The position numbers and the translations under genes were made by a program. From assembly GCF_004103715.1 (NCBI RefSeq), contig NZ_CP035282.1, positions 772,673 to 796,672 on the forward strand: a stretch of DNA of 24,000 nt, written 5' to 3'. The DNA comes from Acidilutibacter cellobiosedens (lineage in GTDB: Bacteria; Bacillota; Clostridia; Tissierellales; Acidilutibacteraceae). Below the pieces are notes generated by a model, which did no database searches, was not told the origin of the DNA, and saw only the letters and a program-made list of their open reading frames with translations. Positions 1 through 7,620 of this stretch are shown one piece after another; the first letter of the stretch is position 1, and each line of letters opens with the position of its first letter.

Positions 1-1013
1 AATATCTGGCTCCGGGATTTATTGATATTCATAATCATGGAAATTTTGGACATGATGTCATGGAGGCAACTTTTGAGTCCCTTATAAGCATGGCCGATTT
101 TCATATGAAAAATGGAGTTACGTCTTTTTTGGCAACTCCTATGACTGAATCCTTGGATAAAATTGAGAGCGCAATAAAAAACGTAAGAAAATATATTGAA
201 AAGGAAAAGAAGGCTCCTAAGGTAAGATCCCAAGTTTTAGGCATATATTTGGAAGGTCCCTATTTTTCTATGGAAAGAAAGGGAGCTCAACCTCCTCAGT
301 ATATAAAGAACCCTAATGTGGAAGAAATCAAAAATCTTATAGAACTTTCAAATGACAATATCAAAGTAGTAGCTTTGGCGCCTGAACTAAAGGGGGCAAA
401 GGAAGCCATAAAATACTTAAAAAACAAAGGGATAACTGTTTCAGCAGGTCATACCGACGGAAAATACGATGAAGTGAAATATGGCATTGAACTGGGAATA
501 AGTCAGGCAACTCACCTTTACAACGGAATGAGGCCTTTTTCTCACAGAGAACCGGGAGTTATAGGGGCCGTATTAACAGATGAAAGGGTATCATGTGAGA
601 TCATATGTGATGGTATTCACCTTCATCCTGCAGCTATGAAGCTGGCAGTAAAAGCAAAAGGGAAGGACGGAATTATTTTAGTATCGGATGCAATGATGGC
701 GACAGGGCTTAAGGACGGTGAATATAAGCTGGGAGGCCAGAATGTTTTTGTAAAGAAGGGTGCTGCTCGGTTAGCTGATGGAACCTTGGCAGGTTCTACT
801 CTTACTTTGAATAGGGCTGTTTGGAATATGGTTCACATGGTGGGGGTTTCTCTTGAAGATGCGGTAAGAATGGCAAGCTTGAATCCTGCCAAGTCAATAG
901 GTGAAAATGATAGAAAGGGAAGTATAGAAATAGGGAAGGATGCTGATTTGATTATATTCAACGATGATTTAAATATTTTGAAAGTAATAATTCATGGGCT
1001 TAGCATCGAATAG
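1..1013 (+). CDS. nagA: N-acetylglucosamine-6-phosphate deacetylase, 5'-partial (runs off the left edge)
   Basis: The frame of the 60..1013 ORF stays open to the window edge. It reads LAPGFIDIHNHG upstream of the first Met, the amidohydrolase metal-binding HxH motif typical of NagA. Downstream motifs are GHTDG, THLYNGM, DGIHLHP and VSDAM. Confidence 0.85.
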   Translation, partial: YLAPGFIDIHNHGNFGHDVMEATFESLISMADFHMKNGVTSFLATPMTESLDKIESAIKNVRKYIEKEKKAPKVRSQVLGIYLEGPYFSMERKGAQPPQYIKNPNVEEIKNLIELSNDNIKVVALAPELKGAKEAIKYLKNKGITVSAGHTDGKYDEVKYGIELGISQATHLYNGMRPFSHREPGVIGAVLTDERVSCEIICDGIHLHPAAMKLAVKAKGKDGIILVSDAMMATGLKDGEYKLGGQNVFVKKGAARLADGTLAGSTLTLNRAVWNMVHMVGVSLEDAVRMASLNPAKSIGENDRKGSIEIGKDADLIIFNDDLNILKVIIHGLSIE

Positions 1014-1099
1014 AACTATAGAAAAGCAGAATTTAATGATATAATAAATGTAAAAGTTATAAAAATTAATTATACAGGACAATGGTCGGGAGGAGTAAA

Positions 1100-2332
1100 A
1101 TGAATTTGGACTTAAGAGAAAGAGCGCTGAAGTTTCACAAAGATAATCATGGGAAGATAGCTTTGAAATGTAAAGTACCTGTAAGAAATAAAGAGGACTT
1201 AACTCTTGCATATACTCCGGGGGTTGCAGAACCTTGCATGGAAATATATAAGGATTATGATTGTATATACGATTATACTTCAAAAGGAAACTGGGTTGCA
1301 GTTGTAACTAACGGAACAGCCGTATTAGGTTTGGGAAATATAGGCGCCGGAGCGGGACTTCCCGTTATGGAAGGAAAATCCGTATTGTTTAAATCCTTTG
1401 CAGGAGTAGATGCCTTTCCTATATGCTTAGACACTGATGATCCGAAGGAAATTATAGAAATAGTAAAGACTATGGAACCTACCTTTGGAGGAATCAACTT
1501 AGAAGATATAAAGGCTCCCCAATGTTTTGAAATAGAGGAAGGTCTTAAAAAAGTTTGCAATATTCCCGTTTTTCATGACGATCAACATGGTACGGCAGTT
1601 GTTTCAACTTCTTGCTTAATAAACGGATTGAAAATCGTTAACAAAACATTTAAGAAAATAAAGGTAGTAATAAACGGAGCGGGAGCAGCTGGAACTGCCA
1701 TATCTAAATTGCTTTTGAAAATGGGGGTTGAGGACCTTATATTATGCGACAGCAAAGGGGCAATATTTAAAGGAAGAAATATAGGCATGAATAAATATAA
1801 GGATGAAATGGCAGAAATAAGTAATAAGAATTTAGTTAAAGGAAATTTAAAAGATGCATTAAAGGGAGCCGATGTTTTTATAGGAGTATCTACTGCAAAT
1901 TGTGTTACAAGAGATATGATCAAATCAATGAACAGAGATCCTATTGTTATGGCTATGGCAAACCCCAATCCGGAAATACTTCCAAAAGAAGCGATGGAAG
2001 GAGGAGCAAAGATTGTTTGTACGGGCCGTTCGGATTATCCGAATCAGGTTAACAATGTATTGGCCTTTCCGGGAATATTTAGGGGTGCTTTAGATATTCG
2101 TGCTTCGGAGATAAATGATGAAATGAAGATAGCCGCTGCTTATGCGATAGCAGATATCGTGGATGAGAATGAATTAAGGCCGGAATTTGTTATACCTCAG
2201 GCTTTTGATTTAAGAATAGCTCCAAAAGTTGCATCTGCTGTAGCCCGTTCGGCTATTGAAACAGGAGTGTCACGTAAAAGAGATGTTACTCCCGAAATGG
2301 TGGAAAAGCATACGAAAGATCTGCTTAAATAA
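1100..2332 (+). CDS. NAD(P)-dependent malic enzyme (short, ~410 aa bacterial type)
   Basis: N-terminus MNLDLRERALKFHKDNHGKI, LAYTPGVA, VVTNGTAVLGLGNIG, FHDDQHGTA and the Rossmann motif INGAGAAG. I prefer ATG 1100 over ORF-track 1082 because GGAGG (1089-1093) sits 6 nt upstream of it. Confidence 0.85.
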   Translation: MNLDLRERALKFHKDNHGKIALKCKVPVRNKEDLTLAYTPGVAEPCMEIYKDYDCIYDYTSKGNWVAVVTNGTAVLGLGNIGAGAGLPVMEGKSVLFKSFAGVDAFPICLDTDDPKEIIEIVKTMEPTFGGINLEDIKAPQCFEIEEGLKKVCNIPVFHDDQHGTAVVSTSCLINGLKIVNKTFKKIKVVINGAGAAGTAISKLLLKMGVEDLILCDSKGAIFKGRNIGMNKYKDEMAEISNKNLVKGNLKDALKGADVFIGVSTANCVTRDMIKSMNRDPIVMAMANPNPEILPKEAMEGGAKIVCTGRSDYPNQVNNVLAFPGIFRGALDIRASEINDEMKIAAAYAIADIVDENELRPEFVIPQAFDLRIAPKVASAVARSAIETGVSRKRDVTPEMVEKHTKDLLK

Positions 2333-2354
2333 TTGTTTTAAGAGGATGAGAGAG

Positions 2355-3197
2355 ATGAGAGATATAGATATAAAATTAATCATAAATGCTGTAAAAAATG
2401 CTTGTATGGATTCTAATTATTACCTTGGAAATGATGTAAAGAATGAAATTATAAGAAGCTATGAAGAGGAAACTTGGGAAATAGCAAGAGATTCATTGAA
2501 TAAGATAATAAAAAATATAGACATATCCGAAAGGGAAAAGGTGCCTCTGTGTCAAGATACGGGGATGGCTTGTGTATTTGTTGAAATAGGCCAGGAAGTC
2601 CATATTGTAAACGGAAGTATTGAGGATGCCATTAATGAAGGAGTAAGACAGGGATATAAGGAAGGATATTTGAGAAAATCGGTTGTGAGGGACCCATTGA
2701 ACAGGATAAATACCGGAGATAATACCCCTGCTGTTATAAACTATAATATAGTTTCGGGAGATAAATTGAAAATAATTGTGTCTCCAAAGGGATTTGGTTC
2801 TGAAAATATGAGCCAGATCAAAATGCTGAAACCTGCCGACGGAGTAGAAGGAGTTAAAGAATTTGTGCTTAAGACGGTAAGAGAAGGAGGAGGAAATCCG
2901 TGTCCACCTATAGTAGTGGGAGTAGGGATCGGAGGAACCTTTGACAGAGTGGCTTATCTGGCAAAAAAAGCACTTTTAAGGCCCTTATCTCAAAGAAATA
3001 AGGATAGGTATTATGCGGATTTGGAGTCGGAGTTATTGAAAGAGATTAACGATACGGGTATAGGACCTCAGGGATTCGGAGGGAAAACTACTGCTCTCGG
3101 AGTGAATATTGAAACTTATCCCACCCATATAGCGGGACTTCCCGTAGCAGTAAATATCAGCTGTCATGTTACAAGACATGTGGAAGTGGAGATATAA
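2355..3197 (+). CDS. Fe-S class I hydro-lyase alpha subunit (fumarate hydratase / L(+)-tartrate dehydratase alpha)
   Basis: Carries the PLCQDTGMA motif of class I fumarase/TtdA alpha subunits and is followed by the beta subunit. The ORF-track start at 2256 overlaps the malic enzyme gene. ATG 2355 (or 2346) follows AGAGGA at 2341-2346. Adjacency to malic enzyme favours fumarase, but the substrate cannot be decided from sequence. Confidence 0.8.
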   Translation: MRDIDIKLIINAVKNACMDSNYYLGNDVKNEIIRSYEEETWEIARDSLNKIIKNIDISEREKVPLCQDTGMACVFVEIGQEVHIVNGSIEDAINEGVRQGYKEGYLRKSVVRDPLNRINTGDNTPAVINYNIVSGDKLKIIVSPKGFGSENMSQIKMLKPADGVEGVKEFVLKTVREGGGNPCPPIVVGVGIGGTFDRVAYLAKKALLRPLSQRNKDRYYADLESELLKEINDTGIGPQGFGGKTTALGVNIETYPTHIAGLPVAVNISCHVTRHVEVEI

Positions 3198-3211
3198 AGG
3201 AGAGATAATAT

Positions 3212-3778
3212 ATGAAGAAGACAATAACAACTCCCCTGACGAAAGATAAAGTGAGAGAGTTGAGGGCAGGGGATATTGTATTGATTTCAGGCATTGTTTA
3301 TACGGGGAGAGATGCCGCCCATAAAAGGCTCGTAGATTTGCTTAGGAAAGGTGAAAAACTTCCGATAGATATCGAAAATCAAATTATATATTATGTAGGC
3401 CCCACTCCTGCAAAGCCTAATCAGATTATAGGATCTGCAGGGCCTACTACAAGTGGGAGGATGGATAAATATACTCCGATGTTGCTGGATAGGGGATTAA
3501 AGGGGATGATAGGGAAAGGAACGAGATCTCAGGAAGTAATCGAGTCCATGAAAAAAAATACGGCGGTATATTTTGCTGCGATAGGAGGAGCAGGGGCGTT
3601 ACTAGGAAAATGTGTAAAAAAATCGGAAATAGTTGCTTATGAAGATCTGGACTCGGAAGCAGTAAGAAAGCTTGAAGTTGAGAACTTGCCCGTTATTGTA
3701 GCTATAGATTCTGAAGGAAATAACTTGTATGAAATAGGGCCTGAAGAATATTTGCATAATGGACAGGATATAAAATAA
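3212..3778 (+). CDS. Fe-S class I hydro-lyase beta subunit (fumarate hydratase / tartrate dehydratase beta)
   Basis: 188 aa with GIVYTGRDAAHKRL, GPTTSGRMD and GKG motifs typical of the FumA C-terminal/TtdB domain. RBS AAGGAGAG lies upstream. It sits immediately after the alpha subunit. Confidence 0.8.
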   Translation: MKKTITTPLTKDKVRELRAGDIVLISGIVYTGRDAAHKRLVDLLRKGEKLPIDIENQIIYYVGPTPAKPNQIIGSAGPTTSGRMDKYTPMLLDRGLKGMIGKGTRSQEVIESMKKNTAVYFAAIGGAGALLGKCVKKSEIVAYEDLDSEAVRKLEVENLPVIVAIDSEGNNLYEIGPEEYLHNGQDIK

Positions 3779-3826
3779 AGGGAGTGATCATGTATAAAAT
3801 TAAAGTCTGCAAATAGTCCTGAGATA

Positions 3827-4240
3827 ATGGAAAGCTATATAAAGGCAGATACCAATAAAAGAAGAGAGCTCCTTAAAGATGTAGAAAAAATTGACATAAA
3901 TGCAGTTAGTATACCTGCCAAACCAGTTGATATCGATAAAATAGAGTGGTTTTTCAGTACCAAGGAATTGTGCAGAGTAATATATGATTTAAAGGATGCA
4001 GATGAAATTAAAATAAATCCGGGTCTTGTATCGACAAAACAAGATTGGAATATAGTAGGCTTTAAAGGAGGTTCGGAACCGGGAGTTATTAATTATACCC
4101 ATGTTTTGCAAAAAGAAAAGGATAAGGACGTATATTCTGTTTCAGTGACGGTAAATGATACGGCTAATTTGATTGATGAAAACAAAGTAGCGGAATTAAC
4201 GTCAAGGCTGATTTCCTTAATAGGTGATGGAAAGATATAA
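3827..4240 (+). CDS. Hypothetical 137-aa protein resembling only the C-terminal third of a class A beta-lactamase-related serine hydrolase (possible gene remnant)
   Basis: The pattern WFFSTKELCRVIYDL ... GFKGGSEPGV ... YSVSVTVND fits the KTG-box/C-terminal sheet region of beta-lactamase-fold hydrolases. No SxxK-bearing N-terminal part is present. No good RBS precedes ATG 3827. An RBS-preceded 8-codon ORF (3790..3816, MYKIKVCK*) lies just upstream in another frame. Confidence 0.4.
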   Translation: MESYIKADTNKRRELLKDVEKIDINAVSIPAKPVDIDKIEWFFSTKELCRVIYDLKDADEIKINPGLVSTKQDWNIVGFKGGSEPGVINYTHVLQKEKDKDVYSVSVTVNDTANLIDENKVAELTSRLISLIGDGKI

Positions 4241-4242
4241 TA

Positions 4243-4280
4243 ATTCAGGTGGATGTTGTTTTCCACCTGAATATTTATTT
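4243..4280. terminator. Bidirectional Rho-independent terminator between convergent genes
   Basis: A perfect 11-bp stem, ATTCAGGTGGA (4243-4253) / TCCACCTGAAT (4262-4272), with an 8-nt loop. It is followed by ATTTATTT on the + strand and a T-containing tract on the - strand. Confidence 0.75.
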
Positions 4281-4288
4281 AAGTGATA

Positions 4289-4840
4289 TCAGAAACTTGC
4301 TGGCGTTATTGCCCATATAGATATGCATACGTTATCACCGATATTAACGTATCTATGGGGAATAGTGCTTTCAAAATAAATACTGTCCCCTTCTTCTAAT
4401 ATATGATTTCCTTCGGCCGTTTCTACCATCAGTTTTCCTTCTATTACTATTCCACATTCTTCTCCCTCGTGGGCAGTTAAATTTTCGGTTGAACAGTCCT
4501 CTGGCTTTATAGTAATATACAGAAATTCTATTTTTCGATTTAAATCGGAAGATAATAGTTCATATATAGCATTGGAATTTGATATGAGAATTTTTTTTCT
4601 GTTGGACTTTTTAACTACTGGATTTGCCTGCACTGCGTTATTTTCTTGAAAGAAATAGCTTATGGGAACACCTAAACTTTGGGCAATACTCCAAAGAGAT
4701 GAGATAGAAGGATTACCCATATTTCTTTCGATCTGACTTATAAGCCCGCAACTTATTCCTGATTTTTCTGCCAGGTCGGCAATACTCATATTCTGTTCTT
4801 TTCTTAGTTTTTTTATTTTTTTTCCAATATCAATATCCAA
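4289..4840 (-). CDS. XRE-family HTH transcriptional regulator with C-terminal cupin domain
   Basis: The HTH segment is LRKEQNMSIADLAEKSGISCGLISQIERN. The C-terminal cupin reads HEGEECGIVIEGKL ... GDSIYFESTIPHRYVN. I prefer the TTG start at 4840 (giving MDIDIGKKIKKLR) because GGGAG lies 8 nt upstream. ORF-track start 4915 and ATG 4864 lack an RBS. Confidence 0.8.
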   Translation of the reverse strand: MDIDIGKKIKKLRKEQNMSIADLAEKSGISCGLISQIERNMGNPSISSLWSIAQSLGVPISYFFQENNAVQANPVVKKSNRKKILISNSNAIYELLSSDLNRKIEFLYITIKPEDCSTENLTAHEGEECGIVIEGKLMVETAEGNHILEEGDSIYFESTIPHRYVNIGDNVCISIWAITPASF

Positions 4841-5073
4841 AATATTCACTCCCAAAATTAACATAAAATATTTTACATATTCTATATTATCAGGAAATGA
4901 AAAAAAATACAACAAAATTTGCTAAAATAAGTAGAAAAGTGAAAAAATATAGAATATTAAGGATAAAAATGTTTTATTGAATTGTTATAAGTATTAAATC
5001 AGATATATAGTGTTTTTGGGTTGTTGTATTAAAAACGAACTAACCATTGGTTTTTATTTTTTATGTAATAAAA

Positions 5074-5173
5074 AGGACTGTATACTAATTAATAATATGC
5101 TCTCCTTAATATGACAGACAGATGAAACTGTTTAACAAAAGGAGGAACATATCATAATTAGTATAACAGTCCT
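5074..5173 (-). terminator. Long extended hairpin downstream of rbr (probable terminator with an unusually large structured loop)
   Basis: AGGACTGTATACTAATTA (5074-5091) pairs with TAATTAGTATAACAGTCCT (5155-5173) with a one-base bulge. Inner complementary segments are ATATG/CATAT, CTCCTT/AAGGAG and ACAG/CTGT. On the - strand the second arm is followed by TTTTATTA. Confidence 0.4.
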
Positions 5174-5191
5174 AATATATATTAGATGGCA

Positions 5192-5737
5192 TTAAAATAT
5201 TTTAAATTTGCTATTTGGTGCACCACAGATTGGACATTTGTCAACGGGTCCGCCTATTTCCACAAAACCACAGAACGGACAAACATATATTTTATCTGCT
5301 TCAATATCTTTTCCAGAGTCTACTGCCTTTTTAGCCTCTTCGAATAATTTTGCATGAACTTTTTCTGCTGCTATAGCAAACTTCATAGAGTTAATGGCTT
5401 CTTTTTCTTCCTGCATTTCTGCTACATTAATGTAAGCAGGATACATTTCGTTTACTTCAAATAATTCTCCATTCTTTGCTGCTTCAAGATTTTCCGATGT
5501 AGTTCCAAATCCGAAGCCTGCTCCTGAAGTTACATCAAAGTCACCCTTTACATTTTTTAAAGCTTTGAAATGTGCAGTGGCATGGATTTGTTCTGCCGAA
5601 GCTACTGCTCTGAACAGCCTTGCTACATTTGGGAATCCGTCTTTTTCGGCTTTTTCACCCCAAATTAAATATCTCATGTGAGCCTGGCTTTCTCCGCCAA
5701 AGGCTGATCTTAAATTTTTAGCTGTCATATCATGCAT
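5192..5737 (-). CDS. rbr: Rubrerythrin (N-terminal diiron ferritin-like domain plus C-terminal rubredoxin-like CxxC...CxxC)
   Basis: LRSAFGGESQAHMRYL, EQIHATAH and the C-terminal VCPFCG...CPICGAP. RBS AAGGGGGA lies 7 nt upstream of ATG 5737. Confidence 0.9.
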   Translation of the reverse strand: MHDMTAKNLRSAFGGESQAHMRYLIWGEKAEKDGFPNVARLFRAVASAEQIHATAHFKALKNVKGDFDVTSGAGFGFGTTSENLEAAKNGELFEVNEMYPAYINVAEMQEEKEAINSMKFAIAAEKVHAKLFEEAKKAVDSGKDIEADKIYVCPFCGFVEIGGPVDKCPICGAPNSKFKIF

Positions 5738-5784
5738 TTAAAATTCCCCCTTAAATTTTATTTATATAAATTTTAGTGAATAGG

Positions 5785-6216
5785 CTAATTATTGTTATTT
5801 TTTTCTTCAATGCATTTATTGCATAATCCATAGTAATAAATATTTTTGCTATTTATTTTAAATCCTTCAATTCCCTTTTCATTTAAATCCTTCCCTTCAA
5901 TTTTAAAATCATATATTTTTCCACAACTTTCGCATTTGAAATGGCCGTGAAGAGAAGTATCTATATCATATCTTGTTTCCTTTTCGTCAATTTTTATAAG
6001 TTTTACTATATTGTTTTTTAAAAACAATTCCATTGTGTTATATATGCTTGTTTTTGATAAAGTAGGTATTTCATTAATAAGATTATTATAAATTTCGTCA
6101 ATAGTCGGATGAATTCTGTTGTTTAATAAAAAGTCAAAAACCTTAATTCTAATTGTAGAAGGTTTAATATTATGCTCTTTTAAATATTTTTTTATTTGTT
6201 CCGTATTTTGTTTCAT
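5785..6216 (-). CDS. perR: Fur-family metalloregulator, probably peroxide-stress regulator PerR
   Basis: 143 aa with a winged-helix N-terminus (HPTIDEIY...SKTSIYNTM), HGHFKCESCGKIYDF and GLCNKC (structural Zn CxxC pairs). It lies directly upstream of rubrerythrin on the same strand. The assignment within the Fur family (PerR versus Fur or Zur) is inferred from context. Confidence 0.65.
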   Translation of the reverse strand: MKQNTEQIKKYLKEHNIKPSTIRIKVFDFLLNNRIHPTIDEIYNNLINEIPTLSKTSIYNTMELFLKNNIVKLIKIDEKETRYDIDTSLHGHFKCESCGKIYDFKIEGKDLNEKGIEGFKINSKNIYYYGLCNKCIEEKNNNN

Positions 6217-6281
6217 TTGGACAATCTCCCTTCTTGGGAAAATTATTCGTGGAATATTTTAATATTGAACTGATTTCAAAT

Positions 6282-6296
6282 TTGTATCGATTACAA
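6282..6296 (-). promoter_or_regulatory. Candidate Fur-family (Per-box-like) 7-1-7 operator just downstream of the -10
   Basis: The - strand TTGTAAT-C-GATACAA is an imperfect inverted repeat with 5-bp perfect outer arms (TTGTA/TACAA). By my hand alignment it matches 10/14 positions of the B. subtilis Per box TTATAATNATTATAA. Confidence 0.3.
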
Positions 6297-6300
6297 TATT

Positions 6301-6329
6301 ATTATAGTGTTGAAAAACAAAATTGTCAA
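6301..6329 (-). promoter_or_regulatory. Consensus sigma-A type promoter for perR(-rbr)
   Basis: The - strand reads TTGACA (6329-6324), an exact 17-nt spacer, then TATAAT (6306-6301). This lies ~85 nt upstream of the perR ATG. Confidence 0.7.
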
Positions 6330-6404
6330 TACCATTTTTAAAATTTTTTTAAAGAATATTATTTTTTATAGTGAATAGAAAAGTTTTCACTTAAGAAATA
6401 TTGA

Positions 6405-6776
6405 TTAAAAGAGCTTTCCGTAAATGAGGGAGAGATATTTTCTCTTTTAGGACAAAATGGAGCAGGAAAATCAACCCTTATTAAGGTATTGACTACTTAT
6501 CTGTACCCAACATCTGGTAGTGTAATTATGCTGGGCAAAGATATTTATCATGAAGCCGCTGCAATACGTCCTCATATTTCTTGCGTTGCACAGAATACAT
6601 CTATTGATATGTATCTGTCAGTTACGGAAAACATGATGTTTCAAAGTAAGCTCTACGAGGTAAATCGTTGGTTGTTAGATCATGATATTCCTTTCTTGGG
6701 TATAGAAATTATACAGCCTACCTTAGAAGATGTTTTTATCAGACTGACAGGTGAAAATGGAAGGGAGGTATGTTAA
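6405..6776 (+). pseudogene. ABC transporter ATP-binding protein remnant (5'-truncated with a large internal deletion)
   Basis: The open frame begins right after a TGA at 6402 and reads LKELSVNEGEIFSLLGQNGAGKSTLIKVL (Walker A at 6450-6476) with no upstream start codon. After ...MMFQSKLYEV it jumps straight to a C-terminal ...PTLEDVFIRLTGE tail. The Q-loop, LSGG signature, Walker B and H-loop are all absent (~120 aa remain, against my expectation of ~250-300 for this family). Confidence 0.75.
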
Positions 6777-7531
6777 TGAACGTTTTTATTATTCTTTGGC
6801 GCAATATAAAGTGGCGATTCCACAATGCTTTTACAATTATGATTACCATCTTACAGCCTATGCTTTGGTTGGTTTTATATAGTGCTGTTGCCGGACAGTC
6901 CATGAAGAATATAGGAATTGAAAACTATACGGCATTTATTCTTCCTGGGCTTATTGTATTGGTAAGTTTTGGAGCTTGCAGCAGTAGCGGCATTATGAAT
7001 TATATCATGAAAAGGGATGGCAGCTTTTACCGAATATTAATTGCTCCGATTCAAAGAAGCTCCATTATACTCGGTCAGGTATTAGAAGCGGTTTTGTGTA
7101 CTTTTTTTGAAGTTGCCGTCATGTGCATTATCAGCATGATCTTCTCGGTTAAAATATCTTCGGGATTTATAGGGATGATTTTAATGGCTTTATTTGTATT
7201 TATGACAGCATTCTTTATGGCTGGATTGACTTATGCTATTAGTCTTTCCTTACCAAATGAAGCTGTTTATGAAACGGCTATGAATGCCATTGTATTACCT
7301 ATATTTTTTTTGAGTACAGCCTTATTTCCTGTCGAAAGTTTATCGGGGAGATTGGCAGTAGCAGTGAACCTTAACCCTTTTACTCATATTATTAATGCTA
7401 TGCGTAGCCTGTTATTTGACGAAATAATTTTGTCAAAAGATATTCTCCCCGTGACTATATTATTCATTATAATGTGCTGTGGTAGCTTTGGATTAGCACT
7501 TTGGAGGCTGAAAAAGGAAACAGTACAGTAA
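6776..7531 (+). CDS. ABC-2 type transporter permease
   Basis: About 250 aa with six hydrophobic segments and the usual ABC-2 layout. GGGAGG (6763-6768) is 7 nt upstream of ATG 6776, which overlaps the remnant ATPase stop as TAATG. ATG 6770 is an alternative start. Confidence 0.75.
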   Translation: MNVFIILWRNIKWRFHNAFTIMITILQPMLWLVLYSAVAGQSMKNIGIENYTAFILPGLIVLVSFGACSSSGIMNYIMKRDGSFYRILIAPIQRSSIILGQVLEAVLCTFFEVAVMCIISMIFSVKISSGFIGMILMALFVFMTAFFMAGLTYAISLSLPNEAVYETAMNAIVLPIFFLSTALFPVESLSGRLAVAVNLNPFTHIINAMRSLLFDEIILSKDILPVTILFIIMCCGSFGLALWRLKKETVQ

Positions 7532-7544
7532 AGGTTAACATTAA

Positions 7545-7619
7545 GAGCTTTATTACTGCAGCAAAGAATTACATTGACTTGTAGAGATGGAGACTACAGC
7601 GTTGCAGAAATTAAAGCTC
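7545..7619. terminator. Imperfect long-range hairpin between convergent genes (possible terminator)
   Basis: GAGCTTTA (7545-7552) pairs with TAAAGCTC (7612-7619), and CTGCA (7556-7560) with TGCAG (7603-7607). A T-rich run follows on the + strand. The loop is large (~40 nt), so this call is weak. Confidence 0.3.
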
Positions 7620-7620
7620 C

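Noticed and set aside
969-1968. Minus-strand ORFs 969..1283, 1273..1560 and 1582..1968 (95-128 aa)
   Set aside because: They lie entirely antisense to the well-supported nagA and malic-enzyme genes. Their products are low-complexity, they lack an RBS, and they have no recognisable motifs. These are typical shadow ORFs.
2256-2354. 5' extension of the fumarase alpha ORF (ORF-track start 2256)
   Set aside because: It overlaps the last 77 nt of the malic enzyme gene and encodes non-homologous sequence. An RBS-preceded ATG at 2355 (or 2346) gives the expected N-terminus.
3033-3230. Minus-strand 65-aa ORF
   Set aside because: It is antisense to the fumarase alpha/beta junction and has no supporting signals.
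6291-6307. Second Per-box candidate, TTACAAT-ATT-ATTATAG, overlapping the perR -10
   Set aside because: The half-sites are separated by 3 nt rather than 1, and only 5/7 positions are palindromic. In such AT-rich DNA this cannot be distinguished from chance. The 6282-6296 site is the better, though still tentative, candidate.
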